The notes under the pieces were generated by a model. The model searched no databases, was not told the DNA's origin, and saw only the letters and a list, made by a program, of their open reading frames with translations. The position numbers were made by a program, and so were the translations under genes. Shown piece after piece: positions 23,661-35,118 of a stretch of 64,000 nucleotides of DNA; within the stretch, counting starts at the first letter, position 1; the number at the start of each line of letters is the position of its first letter. The DNA is from Camelus ferus (Eukaryota): NCBI RefSeq assembly GCF_009834535.1, contig NC_045724.1, positions 17,918,001-17,982,000 on the forward strand, read 5' to 3'.

Positions 23661-24989
23661 CCTCTCCTGCCTTGGCCTTCATAGGCCCCGTCTGGCCCTC
23701 CCCTCCCATCCTGTCTGTGGTGCTGAGACATATTTGTGCTGTCCTTCCTGTGAGTACCCCTGACTCACTCTGGCCGGTGTGGGTCTCAGCTTTTTGCTCC
23801 CCACCAGGCACCCTCAGAGCGCATCCAGCCACAGGCAGGGCCTCCTCATCCCCACAGCTCTGCCCCAGGCTCACCCTGCCCCTCGCCTGCTGGGATTTGG
23901 CCCCCTTGATGCCCACGGCTGGGCTGCAGAAGACAAAGCTCATGGCCAGCCCTCCTGACTCCTGAGGGCACAGAAAGTAATGTGGGGAGAAGAAAGCAGC
24001 CTGGATGGATGAATGCCGGCTCCTGCTTCTTTTTAAGTGTCCCCAGACACTCCTTTAACATGCAAATCTGCTCAGGTCCCTGCAATGATCAGCGTGCATG
24101 TGCGGTGGCAGGGGTGGGCAGGGGACAGCTTGATTGTGGGTTTGACACAATCAGCCAGGACAGGCCTGGAGGAGAGATGCCCCACAGAGTCAGGCTTTGC
24201 CTTCCTAGAGACAGGAGACCAAGGAGAAGGCACCCCTCTGGTGTCTGGGCTTGGAGTTCGGGGTCTACAGAATTATCGCCATGTGGGTCTGGGCCATGGA
24301 GGCAGGGCCAAGAGGTCCATTTTGGCTGGGGGTCGGGTTGCCCCATTCTAGGGCAACTTCTCTCCACTTATTCATTGTGGAATATGGCTCTGGGTCCACC
24401 TTCTTGCTGGAAAGGAGCAGTTGGTCTTTGGAGGAAAGGCCCCATGGAATGTGATTACCCCTGTTTCTGAGACAGGTCTCTTAGCACACTTCTCTGTCCC
24501 AGTTCTGCTTCCAAAGCCCCTTTCCCCACGGTGCCCTCTGCCCAGTCCTGTCCACTTCCTCACAGCTTCTTAGCCATTTCAAGGGAAATCTCCCTAAATG
24601 CACCACCCAGGCCTCCAGGGGGGCTGGGAAGTGTGATCGGGCATCATCCCCTGCAAACCTCTTGCACCTGCTAGGTTGCCCCTCTCAGCGCAGGGCCCAT
24701 TCCCTGCAGGTCGCAGACAGGGCAGGCCCTTGCCTTTTCCAGCTCCACATCACTTCTGATGGACCTGCTGTAAATGGGCCACCCTGTGCAATTCAGAGAC
24801 AAATAAATCTTTTTGCTACTCCTGAGTTGACAAGGGAATAGGCTCTGGCAAAGTTCTACCATGCAAGGGATCTTGTTCGTTAATAATAATGATAAATAGC
24901 TCACTTCTCACATGTGGTGTGACTCACATTACACTCTGGGCTTCGACAGAGGTGGCTCAGGGTGCTCCCTGGAATGGGTAGAGGGGTGC

Positions 24990-25350
24990 GTGGGCAGTGA
25001 GGGAGGAAGGGGGCAGACAGAGAGAGGCAGAGTGGGAGGACAGAGAAAAGAGAGATGAAGAGAACGTAAAGAAAGGGGAAAGGAGAGAAGGCGGAAGGCA
25101 GAGGGAAGACCACAGGGGGACAAAGATAAAGAGGAGGGGGTGGTAAGAGAGGGTGGAATTGGGGGCCAAAGGGGAATGAGGATGAGAGGGAACAGAGTTT
25201 GTGAGAGAAGAGAGAAGAAAGAAAGTTGGGGAGAAAGGAGAGAAAAACTTAAGGGAGCAAAAGAGACATTACAGAGGAAAAGTTGTGAACAAAGGAAAAG
25301 AAGATAAAAATTCAAAGCAGCAAGAGAAAGGAAGATAGGAGAAAGAAAAA
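24990..25350 (+). repeat. GA-rich low-complexity polypurine tract
   Basis: About 360 bp strongly purine-biased, no fixed period. Confidence 0.9.
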
Positions 25351-25734
25351 GCACACTATATCCCCCCATGCTCGCAGTGTACCCCCGCTTCCCTGCCTGT
25401 TAGATTTATTCTCAACTCTCTGCCAAACCTCGGAACGAGCCCGACCATTTCCACCGTAAGTGCCATCTCTAAAGGCGTTATTAATATTTATGGAATGCTT
25501 GCTAGATGCCGCCACAGTCTTTAATATCTTATTATAAAGCCTGTTATAAAATGCATTAGTAATAAATTCCTGACAGATGGAGTTCTGACAAGGTGCGGGC
25601 ACCTCGGTAGATCTGAGCTGGGAATAGACCCTCCTGGACCGAGCTTGTGGCTCAGAGGCTGGGCTGCTGGTCCCTGAGGTGGGGCGGGGGCGGGGGCAGA
25701 GAGGGGATTCAACCCTCAATCTGTCAGCATTTTT

Positions 25735-25865
25735 AAACATCTTATCTCATTACTTCCTCTTCCCAGATGGGGGAAATGGAAACTCAGAGAAATAAAGTAA
25801 CTTGTCCAAAGTCACACAGCTGGTAAGGGGTGGGAGCAGGATTGAAATTCAGGTCACCTCTGTGT
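25735..25865 (-). mobile_element. MIR SINE
   Basis: cagatgggggaaatggaaactcagag...taacttgtccaaagtcacacagctggtaag. Confidence 0.8.
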
Positions 25866-26759
25866 CCCAGGCTTTGGGGACCCTGGAGATGAGGGTGTAG
25901 TGTGAGATCAGGGCCCCTGCTCAAGTGGGACTGATTCATTCCCTTTCTGAAAGGGCTGGGGATGACACAGGGCTGGAAGCTGGGGTATTCAGGCTGTCCA
26001 GGACTAGAGAAGAGAGGGTTGGTGGGAAGTTTTAGCCCAAAGAGAAGTTCAGAAGGAAGAAGGGATCTCAAAATGTGCACACTTTCACTGGGCATAAGGA
26101 AATGGGCTCCCACTGTGACAAGAAGAATTTAAATCAGAAGTAAAGATCTTTCTGACCAGGATGTGCCAGGGCAAAGTGGAGGCCCCTGTGCTTTGGTTTC
26201 CACCGATGCCAAAGAGGTACCTCTTCACTCATGACTCTGGAGCCGGAGCCCTACTGGGGTGCTGGTGCTCAGGGAGTGTGTAAAGTTTGGGAGGCTTTGT
26301 GGCCTTCCAACTTATGGGGGAGGAGAAATGGGGTCTATGGGAGATGTGGGCTGTATTTCTTTCTCAAATAGGCAAGAAGGCTTGTGTGGGCACCAGCTGA
26401 GAGCAGGGTCCAAAGAGAGAAATGGTGCAGGGAGGAGAACCAGGAGAGGCAGGTGCCCACCAGGCCTCCGTGCATGTCTCAGGTCACCCTGTTCTAATTG
26501 GGGAGAGGGCACTCTGTGTGTACACACACCCACATGTGTACACACGTGGTCCAGCATCTCTCCCTGAGGAGGAGAGCACTTTCCCTGGGCTGGGCTGGCC
26601 TCCTCAGCTGTTCCACATCTCCATGGAGCCAGCTTAGTGCTCTCCCATCTCTGAGCCCCTCCTCCTTCTCAGCCTCTAGCTGTACGGCCTGTTCTGAATC
26701 CCAGGAAGACCTCCACCAAAGTGCTTACCTAAAGCCCATCCTGACCTCCTGAGTTCTGG

Positions 26760-29530
26760 TATCTTCACCTGCTGGAGTGATCTTGGACGTGCCCCTCTCT
26801 TGTCTCCCACTCCTCGTCAATCACCAGGGCCTGTCAATTCTTCCTTCAACATAACTCAAATCCTTCCCCTTCCCTTATCTTGGCCACCTCTGAAGTCCTA
26901 GCACTTGCACACAGAAGGTATTCAATAAATGTTTTAACAGAATCAGGACTTCCTGTTAAACATGGCTGACTGAACACATCCAATTGTTTCTGTTTTTGTC
27001 CCAACCCCTCACTAAAATGCCAATATGGGAATTAAAAATGCTTAAATCCACAAGGGCAAAAAGAATAGGAGAGGTGGTGACAATAGATGAGAAGTGTCAA
27101 CAAAATCCTGGAAACAGAATGAACTGAAAATTGCCTTAGGAGATGGGGAAAGCTGCAACTTTGGCCAGCATCTCAGAATCTTGGAAAAGCTGGGGAACTG
27201 GAGACATGAGGCAATGCTCAAAGCAGAAAGACTGCTGCAAATGTTTAAGAAGGGTCGTTAAGACTCCCAGATGCTGTCCCCAACTCTTGCAGAAGATAGG
27301 AGGTTTGCTTTCTGAGGGGCTGAGTTAGTTAAGCTCTAGACACACACTGGGAGCTGGTTGAGGCACTGAAAACACAGAGGTTAAGTGGAAAGCTGCATAT
27401 CCCCTCCACTCACTCCAGTCTCCAACCAGGCCTCTTTAGCCATCCCCTCTCCCGAAGACTGACTGCCATGAAGGAGATGGGAAAACTGGCCCAAGAGAAA
27501 AATGCAAATATTAATATGTTGGAGTTCCTACAAAGAAACATCCACATCCTCACCTAATCATCCCATAGTGAAGCCCACTGGTTAATTAGCAGCCCCCTCC
27601 TCACCCTTCTCTGTCCTAATACACACAGAGAGCTTCCAGGCAGCTAAATGTGAACTCACTCTTAAATATGAACAGAGAACTAAGGGCCACTAAATATTTG
27701 AGAAGAGCCTCTAATGTGAAAGACAGAGAGAGGAAAACAGTGAAAAGGAGTAACAAGTATCTTTAACATGCTTAGAGAGACAACACAAGACAGCATCTTT
27801 GAAATAACCTTTCAAGAGAAAGGAAGAGTTAGTAGAAATTAAAAACTTAACAGAGAGTTGGAAGACAAAGAAACTTCTCCAAAGTAGGACAAAACTCAAA
27901 GAGATGGAAAATGGAATGAAAAGTAAGAAAATTAGACTGTATCAGAAGATCCAACACTCAACTAATAGGGATTCCAGAGTGAGGAAACAGAGCAAATAAA
28001 GGAGAGGAAATTATCCAAGAAGTAATACAAGAAAACTCCCAGATCTAAAGACATGCTTCCAGAGGGAAAGAAACTGCTATGTTTTCAGAAGAGGGCCCCA
28101 CAATGAAGCATAAAACTATGAAGTTTCAAAACACTGAGTATTAAAAAAAAAAAAAATCCTGGAGACTTTCAGAGAGAAAACAAAAGGCCGCATTCAAAGG
28201 ATCAAGAATCAAAATGGCATCAAAGTCCTTAACAGCCAGAACACAAAGAAAAAAGACAATACATTATAAGGAAAACAATCTTCACTCTAGAGTTCTATAC
28301 CCAGCCAAACTATCAACACACATGAGTGTAGAATGAACACATTTTTCAAAGTAAAAAAAGGAATTTCCAATAATTATTTTTCAGGAAATTACTGGAGGGT
28401 GTACTCCACTAAAATGAGGGCATAAACCAACATAGGGGATAATAGGGAATCCATGTAGCAGGGGATCTAATAGAGGAGAGAGACAAAGATATTCTTAGTG
28501 TGACTCCTCTCTCTTTCCCCATGCCTACCCTACAGCAGGCCTCTTTAGCTATTCAGCATCCAGAATAGCAAGGAAGTCAGAGCACAGTCAGCCCAGATTG
28601 GAGCAAGAGGATTGACACCCCAGGGAAAATGTTGTCAAGAAAAATACAAACCTAATTTTAAAAATCAATATACTTTTGATACACTGAGAGGAGGTATTCA
28701 ATTATGTCAGAATACTTAGGGATGAATGAATGACAGATTCACAGAACACTAAGCAAATGAACAAAGAAGAGGTAATTATTAATTCTAGAGAAAACAAAAG
28801 AGGAAATAAAATTACAGAGGAAATATAATGACAGTACTGTATACTATGTGGCTCAGCTGTGAATAATATTTACATAATTATAATGCTGTATATACTAAAT
28901 GCTGTTTGAGCTAAAAGGAAGGATATAATTATACTGGGAGGATGGGTGGAGCACATTAAGAGTGGCAAGTGTGTAGCAAAGATGAGGTAGGGGGTGGTGT
29001 AAAAGTGCAGTTCTCATCCTTCACAGCTGAAAGTCAACAGATAATGTCTAAAACTGAAAAGTGTATAAACATGCAATTTGGAACTAAGAAGGTACCTATC
29101 AGAAATTGAACAAGGTTATCTCAGGGTGGGAATCAGGAATGGGAAAGGATGAGACAGGGCACTGCTATTTTTATTATATTACTATTTGATTTTTAAATGC
29201 ATGCATATATGACTAATAAAATTAATATAAAAAATTGAAAAAATGTATCTCCCTATGGCTAATCATTGCAGTGGCCTCTCCTCTTTCAGCCCTGCTCCTG
29301 TAACTAATCCTGGAAAGTCACTGGCCTTAAGCACTGATCTCCCGTCTCATTTTCCCCCTCAAACACTGCCACCAGCTCCTCTTTTCCATCCAAGGCAACT
29401 TCCTCCTGGACCTTGGACATCACTATAGTCTGATCAAGGCTTCCCTCTCCAAGCTCATCTTTCATTTTTGCCTCACTGAGACCCTCTGCTTCACCCAAAC
29501 TGGTCTAAACAGCAGCCCCCAGAGTTGGCC
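26760..29530 (+). mobile_element. L2 fragment split by the HAL1-like insertion (about 26760-26900 and 29245-29530)
   Basis: The L2 consensus order (cctgtcaattcttcctt...gccacc | atctccctatggctaatcattgcagtggcctc...) continues across the insertion. Confidence 0.55.
26945..29243 (+). mobile_element. HAL1-like (ORF1-only) ancient L1 element, decayed
   Basis: 5' ggacttcctgttaaacatggc. 27947-28051 translates RSNTQLIGIPE*GNRANKGEEIIQEVIQENSPDLK (L1 ORF1p RRM-like); later ENNLHSRVLYPAKLS (ORF1p CTD-like). No ORF2 remnant seen before the A-rich end. Confidence 0.75.
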
Positions 29531-30589
29531 CACCTTAGCTCATGGTGCTTGTGTCCTCTCCACATGTATTCCTGCAGATACCTCGCCTAGAGAGTGACAT
29601 CACCACCCAGCATGTGGGACTGATGCTCCCTCCCTTCCCTGAAGAGGCCGTTGGCTCCCTCGGGTTTCGAGGTACGCATGCCCAGCCTCAGGTTGAGACA
29701 CCCTCCTGCCACACTTCTAGGCCCTGCTTTACACAGATACTGGGCTTGTAGAGCTGGGAGGAGCCTAATCAGAGAGACATCTGGGACCTTCCTTCCTTTT
29801 TCTCAGAAGCCTGGTTTTCAAAGCCAGGTAGGATGCCCAAGTATGAAATGGCCCCAGCTCCTTCTTACTCAGAGATTAAGGAGATCCACGCAATTTTTCT
29901 CAGCCCCATTGCAGCATCCCTACTCCAGCCCAGGGACCTTCCTGCAGAATGAGTAACAGAAGAGCTCCTACATCCACCCACTGCGTGCCATTTCCCATTA
30001 GCACCCACATTCCAGGGCTCCTGCCCTCTTCCAGCCACCCTCTACACCCCTCACTTGCTGACGCACAGGAGCTGAGGGAGGGGACATGTGGTAGCACAGG
30101 GCATGATGCATCGTGGACGGTGCACAGTGAGCAGGCCAGACAGCAGCTGGCTGAAGGCCACGTGCAGAGAGAAGAGGACAGGAAGGGCTGTGATGGTGAG
30201 GCAGCCGCCCCCCACCCCGTGTACACGCTGACCCCAGTCTCCACAACACGCTACTTTCAACACCAGGCAGTACCACCCCCTCCCTCGGGGCTGGGCTTCC
30301 ACCTCCCTCTCTGGCATGGGAACAGTAAAGAGAGTAGAGGCAGTAATCCAGACCACAGCTGTTCAGTCTTACCCTCCCAGCCTTCTCCAACCTGAGAGGG
30401 TAATCTGATTGACTCCACGGAGCAGCCCCCAGCTCCCTCCCCCAGTAGGGACCTGAGAACCAGCTTCTGGAGGCTGGAAAGTATCCACTTGGTGATGATT
30501 ATCCCCATGCCTGATTGGCCTGATTGGGGGGGGGGTGGAAACTGAAACAACTAGGTCACATTCTGGCTTTTCAACAGCAATCTGGGTGA

Positions 30590-30745
30590 CTTCCTTCTCT
30601 TTTGCTGCAGGGCATCAACACAAACATCTGACACTTCAGTTTTCCCATTCAGGAAATGGGTACAACAGTCCCTGCCCTGCCTTCTACACAGAGTTTCGAG
30701 GGAGATAAAACAAGTTAATAGGGGAAAGCACTTTGAAAAATCAAA
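30590..30745 (+). mobile_element. MIR SINE
   Basis: cttcagttttcccattcaggaaatggg...gaaagcactttgaaaa. Confidence 0.55.
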
Positions 30746-31074
30746 GGCCAAAACAAAATCTTTACAACCTTCTGCAGAAGCAGAAAATTCTAAGATAAAA
30801 AATTAGGGACAGCTATGATGTAACTTATAGAAAAATCCTTTCTAAAAAGCTCTACCCTAGAGTCCAGAATCAGGGTCATCTGGGTTCCAGGACATTGTCC
30901 CTCAGCCTCGGGCTTCAGGGGACTGAGTCCAGGACAGAAACAGGGTTTGGCTGAGGCATGACATGGTTGGTCTTGAGACCTGGTAGATTCTGGAAAGTGG
31001 TAACTGATTAGATACATGAAGTCGCCTGTGATTTTTTAAAAATAAGGAAAGGACTTCCAGTTGGTCCTAGGGTA

Positions 31075-31290
31075 ATAACACACCGATTGAGGACTTCCTA
31101 TGTGTCAGGCCCTGATTTAAGCACTTCCCACCCATTATCTTGTACAATCCTCTTGGCAGCTTGTGAAGCAGACACTATTACTATCCCCATTTTCCAGATC
31201 TCCAAGGACGTGTATAATAAGCAGGAGCTCTGGGATTTGCACCCAGGCAGGCTGCACCAGGGCCCAAGCTTTTAACCACCAGCTCTATTA
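31075..31290 (-). mobile_element. MIR SINE
   Basis: cctatgtgtcaggccctg...tattactatccccattttccagat. Confidence 0.75.
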
Positions 31291-31699
31291 TTCTCAGTGA
31301 TGAATGAGCAAATGCACCAGGTCCAGGAGGCAGAGAGGTGGCCAAGATGACCTTGAGAAATTGGGATCCTCTCATCTGGCTAAGTGCCAGGGCCTACTAA
31401 TGATGTTTACAGGGTTTGCTACAGAATGACTCAGGCCATCCAGAGGTCCCAGGTTCAGGACTTAACCCGTGTCAGGCGTCACCAGGAAGGTGCTGGAAGG
31501 GGAGGAGTCAGTTATCAGGAACTGTCAGCTTCTTTCATCCATTGAGCCCAAATACACGTATAGAGCAACACAGTACATGATTGTGTTGGCCATACTCACA
31601 CTCCTTATCTTTCCAACAGAAAAATGGTTATGAGCAATTACAAGTGGTTATTTATGGGGAAGAAAACATACACAATGAAAGGAGGCTTTGAGGGAGCAA

Positions 31700-31930
31700 G
31701 GGCAAAAAGCAATGGGCTGTATGATTCCCAGCTCCACCTTTTATTTGCTGTGTGACTTTAGGGAAAATAGGCAACCTCTCTGAGCTTCAGTTTCCTTATA
31801 GTTACAGATAGGCAATAAGAAACCCTGCCCCAAGGGATTATTGTGAGGCTTACAGGAAATAACACACAATAAGTGCTTAGTGCATAATAGGTGCTCAACA
31901 AATCTTAGGCTCTATCATAATGTTATTACC
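31700..31930 (+). mobile_element. MIR SINE
   Basis: cccagctccacc...gctgtgtgactttagg...ctctgagcttcagtttcc...gtgctcaacaaat. Confidence 0.85.
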
Positions 31931-32769
31931 TCATGGAGCAAGTGTAAGGGCTTGTAAATGTTACTTCTGGTGGGGAGGTCTGGAAGGGGAGGGGATGCCT
32001 CTGAAGGCCGAGTTCCTCGTTCTGTTCTCAGCAGAGATAAAAGGTTCAGATGAAAGACGGCAGGGGAGGGGGCCTCTATGGCATGCACCCCCATCTCTGT
32101 CCTCATGGAGCCTTCTCTGGGTGTGTGGGGGCCTCCAATGCTGCCCTGAGCTCTCTGTGCACAGCTCCATGGCTCACAAATGGCGCTCCATCTCCCAGCC
32201 CCCAAATTCATTCCCCTGCATGATGATAAATCATGTTAAATAAAATGAATATGCAAATCTCCTTAGGGCAGGCCTTACATCTACAGGAAGCTGAAGCTAA
32301 TAAATGAATGCTGAATGAGGAGACAGCTCAAGTAATGCAACTTCTCCTGCTCATCTCTCCTCCCCAACCCTGCGGGCTCCACCCGTCATCAGTCTGTACC
32401 TTCGGTCTGCCCCTTCGTCCCTGGTGGGTGTGCATTCTGAAGGTGAAGGAGGCAACAGAGGCCCCGGGCAGGCAGGAGTGGCGGTTTAGGCCTGGTGTGG
32501 GTTTTGCACCTCCAGCCCCGTGGCTACTGCTGCTGGCCCTTCAGGCTGGTGTGATGTGATAAGTGGAACCTGTCACTTGGTGCCTGGGGGCTTACGGATG
32601 GACAGGCTGAGGGAGGCGGCACACCTGGCTGAGTGCTGAGTGAGGCGTGGTGAGGGCTGGAGAGGGGGGCTTGGTGAGCCCGGGACCCAGGCAGGGAGAG
32701 GGCAGCTGCAGGAACTCACTGGGCCGTGGGACTTTGGGAAATGGTTTAAGCTTCAATAGTTGGAGAGAC

Positions 32770-33050
32770 TGGGAATATTATGGCTACAAAGGACTTTAGA
32801 AATCACCTTGTTCAGTGGTTTGCTCCCCTGGCTGTGTATTAGAAAATCTGGGGAGCTTTTAAACATTATCAATGTTGAGGCCCACCTCAGCCTCTGGGTT
32901 TTTAAAATTCTCAGAGGAATTCTCCTGTACAGCCCGGGGAAGAAGCACTGCCCTACCCAGGAACCCTATTCTATAGACGAGAAAGCTGAGACCCAGAAAG
33001 CGGAGAGGACCTGACCGAGGTTGCACAGATGGTCAGCGGTGGCAGACACA
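32770..33050. mobile_element. MIR3-type SINE interrupted by a MER5-like MITE (about 32815-32940)
   Basis: aaaggactttagaaatcaccttgtt | cagtggtttgctcccctggctgtgtattagaaaatctggggagcttttaaa... | attctatagacgagaaagctgagacccag. Confidence 0.6.
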
Positions 33051-33739
33051 CCTCATTGCTTCCTCCCTGACCTCCCCCTCTCTTGTCCTGGCAAAGATGG
33101 AGGGTAACTCCCCGAACATACATCATCCTTATCCTTCAGGTACAAGGAGCACTGGGTTGGGGGACAGACCTGGGATCTGTGTGGTTTCCGTATGTCCCTG
33201 GACAAGTTATGAGCTTCTTTGGCCATCAAGTCCTCATCCGTCAAGTGAGGGAGTTGAAGCACATTATCTCCACATTCCCTTCCTGTCTACAAGAGTATGG
33301 CTGTAAGTCCTTCCTGAAGTCTAATCCAAGGGTCTCTTGCTACAAAGCAGCCCCTTCACTTGGGACTGTCTTCAGAAGATATAAAGGCAGCATGTACTGA
33401 AGTAAAAATTGATAAAGGGATTTCTCTTTCCCTTTCCCTTTTTAAGTGCATTGCTCCCCACTGAGACACATAACAATCTCATGTGGACAAGGACAGAGGT
33501 TACAATGCCCCAGAGCTGGTGGTAGGTGTTCGCCCTGCACTAGGACTGCAGAGCACAGCCCCTGAGGGTCGGTGTTGAGCTGAGGAAGGACATTCTGTGA
33601 AGAACAAAGGGCACCATGGGTCAGGAAGCCAGAGACCTTGCACCCCCATGGTTCTGTTTCACTAGCTCTCAAGTGGTCCCAAAGGGACAGGAAGACAGGA
33701 AGACATCAGTGCAACCATCCAGATGCTTATCCTGCCCGC

Positions 33740-33905
33740 CTCTTCCACTTCTGTGTGGCTTTGGATATGTACCAAGACTCTTGGAGTCTCAGTCTTCCAA
33801 TCTAGAAAATGGGCATAAAAATATCTACCTCCTGGATTTGTGGGTCCTGGATGAAGTAATGATTATGAAGTACTTAGCCCAGTGCCTGACCCATAGTAAC
33901 AGTGG
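33740..33905 (+). mobile_element. MIR SINE
   Basis: tctcagtcttccaatctagaaaatgggcataa...acttagcccagtgcctgacccatag. Confidence 0.75.
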
Positions 33906-34760
33906 CAGCAGCTGCCATCACTGTGATGGACCTCATTATTACCAGATAATGGGAGCCTCATATTCTCCTGCTTGGGTAGGGGTGACCCAGGGAGATCCAC
34001 TTACCCAAGGAACACATTTGGGAGGAGGAAGATGCCCTGCTCTGCTGTCCTTGGGAATGTTCCCATGATAGAGGCCCTGAGGGCTCTAAAGGCTAGGGTA
34101 GGATGGACCATCTGTTCCTGCTTGTCTGGGGAGACCGGCCCTCTGAGGGGGCTGTGGGAGAAACAGCATGGGAGGTCCAACTCTTTGGTCTACTGTGCAT
34201 GGTAGACCAAGGCCCATGGGTTCCGCCACTGGCCTCAGGGACAGCCAAGTCTTGGCATACAAAGACCATCAGACTGACCTGAAGATAAGATGGAGATCCA
34301 GAATCCCAGATGCACCCTGCTCGAAGGCAGTCCTAGGACTGCATGGCCACATCTGTTAAGACCAGATTTGACCAAGAAACAAACCAGCCTCCCCTTTCCT
34401 ACCAGAACCCAGAGAAAGTGCCTCCACACACATCCAGAGTAGTTCAAGTGGATGACCAACCTGGTCAGGAAGTTTCAAGGGTCTTCCAAGCCCTCCTGGA
34501 ATTAAGAATGTGGAGACCAAGTCCTATGGAGAAACAAATTCCTCCACAGCCCTCCTCTGCCAGGCTCCAGGGTGCCCAGTGAAGGTGGCTCTGAGGGCAC
34601 ACTGGCCTTCCCCTAGGAAGGAGGAGAGACCATGAGTAGGAATTGCAAATGACTTTCATTAAGCGGGGTGCTAATACCATGAATTACAAATGAAATCCAG
34701 ATGAAGAGGACCCTGGTAGCCTTACCTCTGTTTGATATTAATTGGGCGACACTTTGTTTT

Positions 34761-34907
34761 TTGGTTTTTTTTTTTTTTAACATTTTTTATTGATTTATAA
34801 TCATTTTACAATGTTGTGTCAAATTCCAGTGTTCAGCACAATTTTTCAGTCATTCATGGACATATACACACTCATTGTCACATTTTTTTCTCTGTGAGTT
34901 ATCATAA
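34761..34907 (-). mobile_element. Young 5'-truncated camelid-type L1 3' end with poly(A) and 13-bp TSD
   Basis: TSD GACACTTTGTTTT at 34748-34760 and 34908-34920. Poly(T) on +, then aacattttttattgatttataatcattttacaatgttgtgtcaaattccag. Confidence 0.92.
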
Positions 34908-34986
34908 GACACTTTGTTTTAGTGGTACATTAACTAATGTGGAATTTCGATGGAAGCCCTCGTGACACTCACATTAATACAAATGA

Positions 34987-35118
34987 NNNNNNNNNNNNNN
35001 NNNNNNNNNNNNNNNNNNNNNNNNNNNNNNNNNNNNNNNNNNNNNNNNNNNNNNNNNNNNNNNNNNNNNNNNNNNNNNNNNNNNNNNNNNNNNNNNNNNN
35101 NNNNNNNNNNNNNNNNNN
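34987..35118. other. Assembly gap (132 N)
   Basis: Run of N. Confidence 1.

Noticed and set aside
24337-24357. GTTGCCC-N7-GGGCAAC inverted repeat resembling an RFX X-box
   Set aside because: The spacer is far longer than in X-boxes, and a 7-bp stem is unremarkable.
24929-25369. Hydrophobic L/S/F/P-rich ORFs (also 45016-45434) resembling membrane proteins
   Set aside because: Translations of CT-rich low-complexity tracts.
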